Shown here: positions 48,401 through 56,387 of the stretch, in pieces
Numbering within the stretch: the stretch's first letter is position 1
Layout of the letters: each line of letters opens with the position of its first letter
Virus record (IMG/VR): IMGVR_UViG_3300031689_000003
Coordinates: 1 to 60,325 of that record
Reading direction: 5' to 3' (one strand)
Length of the DNA stretch: 60,325 bases
Source of the DNA: a virus
Taxonomy: Duplodnaviria; Caudoviricetes
Position numbers and translations under genes: made by a program
The notes under the pieces: generated by a model
What the model saw: the letters and a program-made list of their open reading frames with translations, nothing else
The model's database searches: none
Told to the model about the DNA's origin: nothing

Positions 48401-49711
48401 AGGCAAAGAACCTGAAGTTATATAACCTGCTCCGTTAGTAAGCTGATTATTATTTGAGATAGAGTTGTTGATAGTAACTCTAAGTCCTCCTGCTTGTGTT
48501 CCTGTTGAGGTTGTTATATTAGTTCCTCCTATAAAATCTACATTAGTATTTGATGTTACATTAAGTACACTACCTGAGTCTGCTTGTACTCTCCATCTAT
48601 CATAATCATCTGACTGAGCAGCAGTAACATATCCTGCACCGTTAGTTAATTGATTGTTGTTAGTAATATTGTTAGCATTAGTTGCTCCTGTATAACCTAA
48701 GTTAGCAAGAGTCATCGCTCTATTTGTATAAGCAGTTATAACACCATCCGTTAAAGCAATAGTACTAAGAACATTCGCTCCTCCGAAATTCAAATCTGTA
48801 TCTGTTCCAATAATTGTATTACCTGATGAGGTAACAAAACCTCTACCATTAGTTAATTGATTATTGTTAGTGATACTGTTGTTAAATGTAACAGTCTCAT
48901 TAGCTGATTGGTTTAAAGTTATTGTACCACCTCCTGAAAGATTAGTTCCTGCTACTAAAGTAATTGTAGCATTGCTTACTGTTGGTAAAGCACCTGAAGT
49001 TATATAACCTGAATTATTAGTCCATTGACTAATATTACCACTCTTGTTAGTAAAAGTCTGTGTATTAGATGGAGTAGTTGTACCCGTATTACCTGTATAA
49101 CCTGCCCCGTTAATTAATTGATTGTTATTTGTGATAACAGTCGTAGTATTAGGAACGTTTAATGCAGCCCTCATCTCAGCAGCAGTTAATGCTTTTATTG
49201 ATGTAGAAGATGCAAATTGAGGAAATTCAAAATTATTAACTGAACCTGTAGTAGTTACTGTACCTGTAGTTGAACTTGTACCTGCTCCAATTAAAGAGCG
49301 TACTTCAGCAGCAGATATTCCTGTATTTAATGATGGAGTACTTCCATTACTTAATATTGCAGGTATTCCTGAAGTTGAATTAAAAGTTATTGTTTCAGCA
49401 GAACTTTGATTCAAATTAAATATGCCACCTCCACTTAAATTAGTGCCGGCAACTAAAGTAATTTGGCTATTATTTACTGTTGGCAAAGAACCTGAAGTAA
49501 TATAGCCACTATCATTAGTCCATTGACTTATGTTACCTGACTTATTTGTTAAGGTATTTGTAGATGTGGCGGTAATATAACCTGCACCGTTAGGTAACTG
49601 ATTATTATTAGTTGGTATAGAAGTGGAGGTAAAGGCATTTAGCCCTAACCCCACTCCGTTTACCTTAATAGTACCGTCAACATCAATCCCTTGTTTGAAC
49701 CTAATTGACAT
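45470..49711 (-). CDS. Long repetitive tail fibre with C-terminal intramolecular chaperone (peptidase S74)
   Basis: NNNQLTNGAGY and GDIT.V.AG...GGGTSG repeats; AFSDSRVKDNV...ALDKVTQLRGV...GVIAQEV...LIEAIKEL. Confidence 0.88.
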   Translation of the reverse strand: MSIRFKQGIDVDGTIKVNGVGLGLNAFTSTSIPTNNNQLPNGAGYITATSTNTLTNKSGNISQWTNDSGYITSGSLPTVNNSQITLVAGTNLSGGGIFNLNQSSAETITFNSTSGIPAILSNGSTPSLNTGISAAEVRSLIGAGTSSTTGTVTTTGSVNNFEFPQFASSTSIKALTAAEMRAALNVPNTTTVITNNNQLINGAGYTGNTGTTTPSNTQTFTNKSGNISQWTNNSGYITSGALPTVSNATITLVAGTNLSGGGTITLNQSANETVTFNNSITNNNQLTNGRGFVTSSGNTIIGTDTDLNFGGANVLSTIALTDGVITAYTNRAMTLANLGYTGATNANNITNNNQLTNGAGYVTAAQSDDYDRWRVQADSGSVLNVTSNTNVDFIGGTNITTSTGTQAGGLRVTINNSISNNNQLTNGAGYITSGSLPTVNNPTVTFNAGTGLTGGGAISMNQSNTETITFNNSITNNNQLTNGAGYTTNTGTTTASNSQTFTNKGGNISQWTNNSGYVTSSGVTSVATGNSNTLTKSGSTSVTLTPNTGVVSASSSNLATGSQIQTAINNALTGVLQFEGTWNASTNSPTLSSGSGTSGDYYIVSTAGSTNLDGITDWAIGDWAVFANTTWTKIDNSQVGNVTGSGANGRVALWNATSNVTSDSELTYNLGTNTLSVGAITWTGGNTERSNDSYDNTITGISDSGSSTTTITLTQRDGGTLSTSFTIPQGDITSVGAGTGISGGGTSGAITITNSDRGSSQSIFKNVLSNSGTAVADNNNDTLSILGGTNVSTSVVGDVLTITSTDTNTNNYVTSGSISGGTVTLNRQGLGTVTFTINNASIINGAGYTSNVGDITQVSATGGLQGGGQSGSVTVSVDYSGAGNIIDTASDGTTIISSDKILYEDATDSVVKEIAVSSLLALAPQGDITSVGAGTGMTGGGTSGAVTLNVIGGSGITANANDIAVDTTVVRTSGNQTINDTKTFMKGIVLSTLNSDASTIFTQSGYKVIEHDDVQGIDWLVNNTVQISVANNNTGAFNVGSRNLVSQGITTPSITLPGTTGQYVRGNGTVASFPSIPQGDITQVIAGSNMSGGGTSGVVTLNNTAPNIVQSTISGNAGTATALQNARLIAGVSFNGTTNISLNNNNITNGAGYTSNSGDITAVNAGSNMTGGGTSGSVTLSVSSTPSFGDVFINDQIIKTGDTNTYLQFHAADQFRIVTGGGERLEVANSLTKISTNLNVNASGDVGLNIDAENGTFEIGDVDGVSDQVYIAGATNLDLFTNGSNRIRIQRLGNVGINDTTPSYKLDVNGDIRATGNIIAFSDSRVKDNVETIENALDKVTQLRGVSYTRNDIEDKSTQLGVIAQEVLEVAPELVKLDDEGMYSVAYGNMNGLLIEAIKELKAEIAELKKKIK

Positions 49712-49733
49712 ATTTTGATTTTAAATTTTATTC

Positions 49734-51743
49734 TTATCCTATTGCTTTAATCAATACTACTGCTGCTGCATTTCCAAGTGCTTGTGTAGTTCTAACTGTA
49801 ATTGTGTTTGTAGAAGTTCTTTCTACTGTTGCATATAAAGTATCAAATGGTGCAGCGTTAGAAAATATATCTACCATTACATTTCTTTGACCTAAATTAT
49901 GAGTAACCACAATTGCAATTGAAGAACCATCTCCAATAGTAGCTGAAAATTCTCTATCTTTAATTTCAACTAAAGTTTGTGCTGCAAAATTCGTTACCTG
50001 ACTTGCAGTAATTGCAATGTTTTGTGCAGTTCTTGCAGTAACTCTACCCTTAACATCTGTTGAAAGACTTAAAGATTGAGATGCTGAACCTACACTTCCT
50101 GCTGCAACTACGGTTGGCATACTTACCGCTCCTGAAGCTACTGTTAATCCACCTGCAGTTGGGAAATTAGCAATACCTTGTACTGTTGCACTTGCAACGT
50201 CAATGTTCTTGTTAACCTCTGTCCATTGTGATGCATTAGTTGGAGCATCTTGATTAGCGATAATTAAATCACCAACCTCTAATGTTGGAGACCAATAATT
50301 TGCAGGAACTCCTGTACCTGCTACTGTTACTACATAAGTAAATCCTTTAAGAACTGCTGCTCCTGATGGTGCTGCAGTATTTGCTGCATATCCTCCTTGA
50401 AAGATTAATGCTCCTGAACCTGCGAATGTTGTATCTACATAATTTTTAGTTGCTCCATCTTGTGCTGCCGTTGGGTCAACTACATTAGTAAGTTTTTGTG
50501 TACCAATACTTAAATTTGCAGTAGGTACTCCCCATAGATTTAAAGGTACACCACTAAATAAAACTTTACCTTGTGTAGTTCCTCCTTGTAAGAATACCAA
50601 TTGATTTGAACCTGATTGTCCAAGTGCAGGTAATTCTGATAAATCAAGAGTAGTTTTTAATATGTTTGATGCAATTGCAGATGTAGTAATTCCTACACCT
50701 CCTTGAAAATCTACAACTTCTGTGTTAGTAATAGTTTGATTTGTTCCTGAATCTCCTTTTAAATCCCAACTTGTCATTGCTCCTGATGAGCCTGATGCTG
50801 CTGCAGTAACAATTCCTCTATCATTAACTGTAATACTTGCTAAAGTATAAACTCCTGCAGTAACTCCTGATGCAGTTAATCCAAGTGATACAGTACTTTT
50901 TGTTCCTACTGTAGAAATTGAACCTGTAATATTACTAATACCTACTATATCTACGGCATCACTATTTACAATAGCATTATCTGCTCCTGTATTTGAACCT
51001 AATGTCCAAGAAGTATAACCACCCGGAACTGTTGCCCAAACATTATCTCCTCTTAAAAAAGTAGAAGAACTTGGTGTTCCTGTAGCACTTAAGTCATAAC
51101 GTAAATCACCTGCAGTTGTAATGTCTGCACTTGAACTACTAACAAAAGTTCCGTCTAAAGCACCTACACGAGTTACTGTTCCACCTGCATCAGTTGGGAA
51201 AGTAATTAAATTACCTAATCCATTTATATATTGTGCTGCAGTACCTGCCATTGCAATATTTACTGAAGGATTTACAGTTGATGAGCCTCCAATAGATGCA
51301 GTAAATGCATTACCTGCGTGAGTCGTAGCTACACTTGTAACTGTACCCTCTTTATTACTGAAAGGTAAATCACTAACATTTGCAAAACTAACATCATTGC
51401 TTCCGTCAGAAAACATAATTTTATTAGTCAATCCAATTGCTGAAGATGATAAGTCTTGTGCTTCAAGAATAATGTTATCTGCTCCTACATAATCTACAGA
51501 AACTGTAACATTACCTGTTGTTCCTCCACCGGTAAGACCATTACCTGCAGTAACTCCTGAGATATCTCCACTACCATCTAATACTACCCAACCACTTCCG
51601 TTGTAATAATTTAATGAGGCAGTTGCCGTATTAAATATTATTTGCCCGGAGTACCCTGCAGGATTTGACCCGATGTTTTCGAGGGCCACATTTGTGATTT
51701 GATTTCCTCCAAGGGAAATATTATCTAAATACTTAATTGCCAT
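49734..51743 (-). CDS. Fibre/structural protein
   Basis: G/S/T-rich; DPTAAQDGATKNYVD, TFLRGD, VTHNLG motifs common in fibres. Confidence 0.7.
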   Translation of the reverse strand: MAIKYLDNISLGGNQITNVALENIGSNPAGYSGQIIFNTATASLNYYNGSGWVVLDGSGDISGVTAGNGLTGGGTTGNVTVSVDYVGADNIILEAQDLSSSAIGLTNKIMFSDGSNDVSFANVSDLPFSNKEGTVTSVATTHAGNAFTASIGGSSTVNPSVNIAMAGTAAQYINGLGNLITFPTDAGGTVTRVGALDGTFVSSSSADITTAGDLRYDLSATGTPSSSTFLRGDNVWATVPGGYTSWTLGSNTGADNAIVNSDAVDIVGISNITGSISTVGTKSTVSLGLTASGVTAGVYTLASITVNDRGIVTAAASGSSGAMTSWDLKGDSGTNQTITNTEVVDFQGGVGITTSAIASNILKTTLDLSELPALGQSGSNQLVFLQGGTTQGKVLFSGVPLNLWGVPTANLSIGTQKLTNVVDPTAAQDGATKNYVDTTFAGSGALIFQGGYAANTAAPSGAAVLKGFTYVVTVAGTGVPANYWSPTLEVGDLIIANQDAPTNASQWTEVNKNIDVASATVQGIANFPTAGGLTVASGAVSMPTVVAAGSVGSASQSLSLSTDVKGRVTARTAQNIAITASQVTNFAAQTLVEIKDREFSATIGDGSSIAIVVTHNLGQRNVMVDIFSNAAPFDTLYATVERTSTNTITVRTTQALGNAAAVVLIKAIG

Positions 51744-51772
51744 TTTTTTCTATTTTTATTATTAATTTATTT

Positions 51773-52531
51773 TTAATTACAATATCCAAAACCCGATTGT
51801 GGGAGCGGTTGAGAGTTTGTTGTTTTAAATGTTACAGTTATTTGATTTAAACTGTCATAAACTACACTACCGTAAATTATATTTTTATTTTCGTCAGTAA
51901 TATCAATTGAACAAAACTTATTTAAGTTATGTGTGATAATCCACGTTGCCGAAGGACTTGCTACCGGCTGAGTAAAAACAAAATTCTTATCACCGCCACC
52001 TCCTCCTCCCGGAGCAATTTGTAACAAAGAGATAAAATAATCATTTGTATCTATTAAAGAACCACTACTTGATATCAATGTTAAACCAATATCATAAAAT
52101 GTTGGTTCTACTGCATCTTTTGTGGTACTGTCCCATTGGTATATTGCCCAATCAATTACAGAACTTGTCTTACTTATTAATATATAATTCCCTTCTAAAG
52201 GAGAACTATAAAAAGCAGAGATGTCGAGCGATGCTCTATCTAATTGAGATTGACTTATCTTAAATGCAGTTACTCCTGCAAATGGTGTTGTCCCGGTTGC
52301 TTGTGGTACTTCAAATGAAATACTTCCACTCTTTCTGACATCTCCAATTTGCCAATCTTGATATACATATCTAAGTGATTGAGTCTCTATTTTATTAGCA
52401 GAGTTCAAAAATACCGCTACTCCGTCTGCAGTAAAATTCTTTGTTGCATTAAGAGAATTAACATCTGAACCTATCCATTTATCTCCCCCGGTTATACTAC
52501 TATCAATAGGGTATGTACTAATTCTTGCCAT
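51773..52531 (-). CDS. Structural protein (fibre base/decoration)
   Basis: WIITHNLNK C-terminal module shared with 49734..51743; -7 box TACCTTTG at 52557-52564. Confidence 0.55.
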   Translation of the reverse strand: MARISTYPIDSSITGGDKWIGSDVNSLNATKNFTADGVAVFLNSANKIETQSLRYVYQDWQIGDVRKSGSISFEVPQATGTTPFAGVTAFKISQSQLDRASLDISAFYSSPLEGNYILISKTSSVIDWAIYQWDSTTKDAVEPTFYDIGLTLISSSGSLIDTNDYFISLLQIAPGGGGGGDKNFVFTQPVASPSATWIITHNLNKFCSIDITDENKNIIYGSVVYDSLNQITVTFKTTNSQPLPQSGFGYCN

Positions 52532-52578
52532 ATTTTTATACTGTACTTTGCTTTTACAAAGGTACGTTTTTTATATTA

Positions 52579-52971
52579 TTATTTTCTTTTAGAAAACGAG
52601 TCCATCATCTTCTCTCCTGTACGTCCTATTACATATCCACCTATACCTAATTGTAATAAATTCCAAAACTCATTTTCAAGTTCAGGAATAGGAAGTGAAA
52701 ATAATGGAGCAACAAATTTTACGTATATAACTATAAATCCAAACGATAACATTAGGATTGGTCTCCAACTTCTTTGTAACCAATTTCCTTTAGCCTCAGC
52801 TATAATAATTTCTGTTTGCATTTTCTGCAACTCCAATTGTTTTTGTACAAGGATTTTTGTGATAACATTTTCTGCTTTAATCTTTTCTTCTTTAGATGTA
52901 AACAGATTATCTAATCCCGATAGTATATCTTTTACTACACTTCCTCCAAACCAATTAAGTATTTTATCCAT
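52579..52971 (-). CDS. Holin-like protein (GTA 3TM holin family-like)
   Basis: EAKGNWLQRSWRP followed by TM helices, GYVIGRTGEK; adjacent to endolysin. Confidence 0.75.
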   Translation of the reverse strand: MDKILNWFGGSVVKDILSGLDNLFTSKEEKIKAENVITKILVQKQLELQKMQTEIIIAEAKGNWLQRSWRPILMLSFGFIVIYVKFVAPLFSLPIPELENEFWNLLQLGIGGYVIGRTGEKMMDSFSKRK

Positions 52972-53389
52972 AATATTCGCTTATCCATTTGTATTCTTCA
53001 GTAGCATCATAACTTGGGCAAGCCTTAGCAGAAAAATCTCTATGTCCATACACAATTGAATCGCAATGTTCTGATTTCAATTTTAGTAATAAACTACTTA
53101 GGCTTTCTTTTTGAGCATCTGTTCTTGTATCTTTAGGTGTTTTGCCGTCTGACTCAACACCACCAATATAACATATCCCAATACTTTCTTTGTTATAACC
53201 ACGGGTGTGTGCACCTGAAATTTTTAAATCACGTCCTTTTTTGACCGTACCGTTTAAATAAATTACGTAATGATATCCTATATCTCTCCATCCTCTTTGA
53301 AGATGCCATTTACGAATTGTCTCTACGCTAATTTCTTGCCCTTCTCTTGTAGCTGAGCAATGAACTATTAATTTATTTATTGTCCTCAC
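52964..53389 (-). CDS. Endolysin, N-acetylmuramoyl-L-alanine amidase (T7 lysozyme-like); GTG start
   Basis: IVHCSAT, WHLQRGWRDIGYH, GAHTRGYN, GHRDF.KACP. Confidence 0.93.
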   Translation of the reverse strand: MRTINKLIVHCSATREGQEISVETIRKWHLQRGWRDIGYHYVIYLNGTVKKGRDLKISGAHTRGYNKESIGICYIGGVESDGKTPKDTRTDAQKESLSSLLLKLKSEHCDSIVYGHRDFSAKACPSYDATEEYKWISEYYG

Positions 53390-53546
53390 GTCTTTTTTTA
53401 TCCATTAAATACCAACGTTGAGCCGTATATCCTATGGTTAAAACTAAAAGTAATATTTTTAGAACCATATCAATGTGTGTAAATGATATCGTGAACGCTG
53501 ATGCGTTTAGTAAATAAAGCTTTATATCTGTCATATCGAATTTCAT
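53373..53546 (-). CDS. Small membrane protein, holin/antiholin candidate (57 aa, not in ORF track)
   Basis: MKFDMTDIKLYLLNASAFTISFTHIDMVLKILLLVLTIGYTAQRWYLMDKKRREDNK; overlaps the endolysin start. Confidence 0.65.
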   Translation of the reverse strand: MKFDMTDIKLYLLNASAFTISFTHIDMVLKILLLVLTIGYTAQRWYLMDKKRREDNK

Positions 53547-53547
53547 A

Positions 53548-54327
53548 TTACCAAATTGCTATACAATTATTTCTTGATTCCACAGTTGTTCCTGTAGAAT
53601 ATAACTGTAAAACTTGTACCGGTAAAACAGAACCCACTTTAACATTGGTAAATGTTACATCATTTCCTGCAGATGTTTTAACTCTTACATCTACAACTGT
53701 ACCTGTTGAATTACTACCTACGTATAAAAGACAAGCTTCTGTACTTGACTGTGATGTAACTCCTAATTGACCATTAGGATTTGCAAATATTCTATATGAA
53801 TCATTTGCAAGAGCAGGCGTTCCAAAAATGTCTGCACTTAATGTCATTAATTTGTTATCTCTAATTGAAGTTATACTTGCCGAAGTTAATGCAGTAGTAT
53901 TGTATACTATGTCTCCTACACTTACTCCTCCTGCTTTTTTAAATCCATCAACAAATACTCCATCATCATCACAAAGTGTTAAGGAACGAATAATTGTGTA
54001 ATTTGGAAGTCCTACTGTAAATATATCAGCATTTAATCCTAATCCGGCAGGCCCTGTTCCGGTTATAGTTGCAACTGTATCAGGGTCAGCAGTAGTGTTA
54101 AATGCTTTGTCATCAACTAAAACAGGTAATGGTGATATGGTTGATTGAAAATTCACTCCTGAATTATCTAAAAGTTGGTCAGTTCCTAAACTTGTTACTG
54201 TTCCTGATATTAAAGGACTTGCAGTACCTAATAAGGTATAAGCTGCAGGTGAAGGAATTGGTAATGAATCACTTGCAATAACTTGCAATGCTAATCCGGT
54301 ATTAATGGAATTTTTTGGGTAAGGCAT
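53548..54327 (-). CDS. Putative structural/decoration protein
   Basis: Beta-rich; C-terminal LYVG..G.V.V...GNDVTF...GSVLPVQV. Confidence 0.55.
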   Translation of the reverse strand: MPYPKNSINTGLALQVIASDSLPIPSPAAYTLLGTASPLISGTVTSLGTDQLLDNSGVNFQSTISPLPVLVDDKAFNTTADPDTVATITGTGPAGLGLNADIFTVGLPNYTIIRSLTLCDDDGVFVDGFKKAGGVSVGDIVYNTTALTSASITSIRDNKLMTLSADIFGTPALANDSYRIFANPNGQLGVTSQSSTEACLLYVGSNSTGTVVDVRVKTSAGNDVTFTNVKVGSVLPVQVLQLYSTGTTVESRNNCIAIW

Positions 54328-54345
54328 TTTGTTTTTTTTTTGAGG

Positions 54346-54528
54346 TTAAAACTCTTTAGTTAATTTCGTTCCCATATTTTCATAAGGTACTGCCTTGTTA
54401 AGGGCTTCCCTTCTTTTACTACAACCACACGGAACATTTGTGATTGTGGATATTGTTTCTACTACCGCTTTTATCCCGGTAGCTTTTGTGATTTTTTCTA
54501 TTGTGTCTCCTAATCCTTTAGATTTCAT
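54346..54528 (-). CDS. Small conserved-looking phage protein (GLGDTIEKIT...CGC)
   Basis: ORF track. Confidence 0.65.
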   Translation of the reverse strand: MKSKGLGDTIEKITKATGIKAVVETISTITNVPCGCSKRREALNKAVPYENMGTKLTKEF

Positions 54529-54540
54529 TAGAGTTAATTT

Positions 54541-54681
54541 TTATTTTTTACAAACACACTTGTCAACAGGACATTCTGAAACGTCCAACACCAACTTTAA
54601 TATCACTTGGTTATATTTACATTTTAGATGCCAATTAAATTTAATAATTGCTTTTCCTAATTTTATAAATAAATTCCCCAT
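54541..54681 (-). CDS. Small Cys-rich basic protein (46 aa)
   Basis: MGNLFIKLGKAIIKFNWHLKCKYNQVILKLVLDVSECPVDKCVCKK; TAATG-coupled. Confidence 0.55.
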   Translation of the reverse strand: MGNLFIKLGKAIIKFNWHLKCKYNQVILKLVLDVSECPVDKCVCKK

Positions 54682-54860
54682 TACATTTTTTTATGTGCCT
54701 TGATGTTGTTACTGTGATAAGCCATTGACTTATTACCACCAAATTTTCTTTTGCTCATTGACTCAGATTCATCTCTACGAGATTTCATTGATTGAGATTT
54801 TTTTCCATTACGTGAGCCTAAGCTATCGTCTAATCTTGAATTGTAACCTTGATGTGCCAT
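54681..54860 (-). CDS. Small basic disordered protein (59 aa)
   Basis: MAHQGYNSRLDDSLGSRNGKKSQSMKSRRDES... Confidence 0.65.
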   Translation of the reverse strand: MAHQGYNSRLDDSLGSRNGKKSQSMKSRRDESESMSKRKFGGNKSMAYHSNNIKAHKKM

Positions 54861-54879
54861 AGTTTCTATTTTTAATTAT

Positions 54880-55134
54880 TTATTTTTTACTTTTTTTACC
54901 TACACATTTCCATCTCTTACGAGAAAGATTGTTTGGTGTGTTTGGGTCATTCTGTTTTTTCTTTGATAACCTTTTCTTAATTCCAAAACTTCTTGCACAA
55001 TAGCTATCACCTTTGGATGTACCGGGCTTAACTCTTGGCCCTCCTCCTCTTGCACTACCTGCTTGACCGTAACTAACTCTTTTACCTGATGCAGTAACTT
55101 TAACTTTTGCTTTACCCTTTCGTGGTGTAGCCAT
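54880..55134 (-). CDS. Small basic protein (SYCARS...RKRWKC)
   Basis: ORF track; TAATG-coupled. Confidence 0.7.
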   Translation of the reverse strand: MATPRKGKAKVKVTASGKRVSYGQAGSARGGGPRVKPGTSKGDSYCARSFGIKKRLSKKKQNDPNTPNNLSRKRWKCVGKKSKK

Positions 55135-55262
55135 TACTTTTTCTTTTTAGGCATAGTGTGTGTCCATCCCTTAGCTTTTAAACCTAAGTGTGCAGCCATA
55201 GTTTTAGCTACTTTCTTTACTCCTGTCTTACTGTACATATTGTGTACTTTAAATTTTGCCAT
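55134..55262 (-). CDS. Small basic protein (42 aa)
   Basis: MAKFKVHNMYSKTGVKKVAKTMAAHLGLKAKGWTHTMPKKKK; TAATG on both sides. Confidence 0.65.
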   Translation of the reverse strand: MAKFKVHNMYSKTGVKKVAKTMAAHLGLKAKGWTHTMPKKKK

Positions 55263-55324
55263 TAGTATCTTGGTTTAGGTTTAGGTTTAGATTTCGGTTT
55301 TGTTTTTGATTTAGGTTTTGCCAT
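55262..55324 (-). CDS. 20-aa Lys/Pro peptide
   Basis: MAKPKSKTKPKSKPKPKPRY; exact TAATG overlaps on both sides. Confidence 0.6.
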   Translation of the reverse strand: MAKPKSKTKPKSKPKPKPRY

Positions 55325-55659
55325 TATGATTTATAATTTCTTTGAAATTTTTTAAGTTCTCTTTGTGATTTTCTGTTACCAAAAGAATTTCTCGTTCCAT
55401 CCGGTGCTACTACAACTCTTTCACCATTTTTTTTAGTTTCTGTAATTAATCTATTTGTTTTACCCTTTGGGTTTCTATTAGTATTTGTAGAAACTGTTTG
55501 AATTCTTTTACCTGTTACATTATTCGTAACATCAGAATTAGATTTTCTTTTAACCTTTTTATTTTTTACGGTCTTAACCATTTTTTGTTTTACCGTATGA
55601 GGTTGTGTCCTTGATTTACAATACGCTAATGCTTTTCCTTTTAACCCTTCGCAAGCCAT
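55324..55659 (-). CDS. Basic protein; N-terminus paralogous to 56078..56347
   Basis: MACEGLKGKALAYCK versus MSCTGKTGDALKKCK. Confidence 0.65.
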   Translation of the reverse strand: MACEGLKGKALAYCKSRTQPHTVKQKMVKTVKNKKVKRKSNSDVTNNVTGKRIQTVSTNTNRNPKGKTNRLITETKKNGERVVVAPDGTRNSFGNRKSQRELKKFQRNYKS

Positions 55660-55660
55660 A

Positions 55661-55786
55661 TTATTTTTTCTTTATGGTTTTAACTTTACCGTTAGTAGTT
55701 CGTGCATATGTATGAGTCTTAGTTTCTCTTATAAGAGTACCCGAATATGTTTTACCTCCGTACTTCCAACTAACTTTTTTTGCCAT
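55661..55786 (-). CDS. Small basic protein (41 aa)
   Basis: MAKKVSWKYGGKTYSGTLIRETKTHTYARTTNGKVKTIKKK. Confidence 0.65.
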   Translation of the reverse strand: MAKKVSWKYGGKTYSGTLIRETKTHTYARTTNGKVKTIKKK

Positions 55787-55929
55787 TACTTTACTTTCTT
55801 TAAGTTTGGATTTTTCTTTTTAGCTTTAGCACTTGCGTTTCGAGAAGATGCAGCTAATATACGGTCAGCTACTGTCTTAGAGTAACCACCTTTCTTTGCA
55901 ATACTACGAGAAACAGATTTAAAACCCAT
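55786..55929 (-). CDS. Small basic protein (47 aa)
   Basis: MGFKSVSRSIAKKGGYSKTVADRILAASSRNASAKAKRKNPNLKKVK. Confidence 0.65.
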   Translation of the reverse strand: MGFKSVSRSIAKKGGYSKTVADRILAASSRNASAKAKKKNPNLKKVK

Positions 55930-56078
55930 TAGTACATACCTTTTTTAGTACCACCACAAGTTTTATAAACGCTATTAGCAATTTGTTTGTTAGATGGTAA
56001 TCCAAATTTCTCAGGTTTTCCACCCATACTTTTGCTTGCTTGTGTAAAATACGGTTTTTGTGTTGCTTGTTTCATCAT
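55929..56078 (-). CDS. Small basic protein (49 aa)
   Basis: MMKQATQKPYFTQASKSMGGKPEKFGLPSNKQIANSVIKTCGGTKKGMY. Confidence 0.6.
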   Translation of the reverse strand: MMKQATQKPYFTQASKSMGGKPEKFGLPSNKQIANSVYKTCGGTKKGMY

Positions 56079-56347
56079 TATTTCCTTTTTTTGGTTCTTC
56101 TTGAACGTTTGATTGTTGTTTTATTATTTAAAGTTCTTAATCCTAACGGGATTGTAGTAGCAGGTCTCTCTTTATTAGGAGGAGGGGTTGTAACAGTTTT
56201 TCTATTCTTGTCTCTCTCCTCTTTCGCTTTTTTAATCTTCGCAAGCGTAAGCCTTGTATTAGCTGCTTTAAACGCTGCAGCGGTTTTTACTTTCTCTGCA
56301 GCTTTACATTTTTTGAGAGCATCTCCCGTTTTTCCCGTACAACTCAT
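56078..56347 (-). CDS. Basic protein, first gene of the small-protein array
   Basis: ORF track; K/R-rich. Confidence 0.65.
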   Translation of the reverse strand: MSCTGKTGDALKKCKAAEKVKTAAAFKAANTRLTLAKIKKAKEERDKNRKTVTTPPPNKERPATTIPLGLRTLNNKTTIKRSRRTKKRK

Positions 56348-56354
56348 ATTTAAC

Positions 56355-56373
56355 TATCTTTGTTGCAAAGTTA
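56355..56373. promoter_or_regulatory. Face-to-face pair of -7 boxes
   Basis: + TATCTTTG 56355-56362; - TAACTTTG 56373-56366; 3 bp apart. Confidence 0.7.
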
Positions 56374-56387
56374 CTAAATTAAATCAT

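Noticed and set aside
45470-49711. Diversity-generating retroelement acting on the fibre
   Set aside because: No reverse transcriptase and no TR/VR pair with adenine-specific differences seen; repeats are in-frame structural modules
56040-56387. Hydrophobic N-terminal extension of ORF 56040..56840
   Set aside because: Antisense shadow of Lys-rich - strand genes; the promoter at 56355 supports a start at 56388
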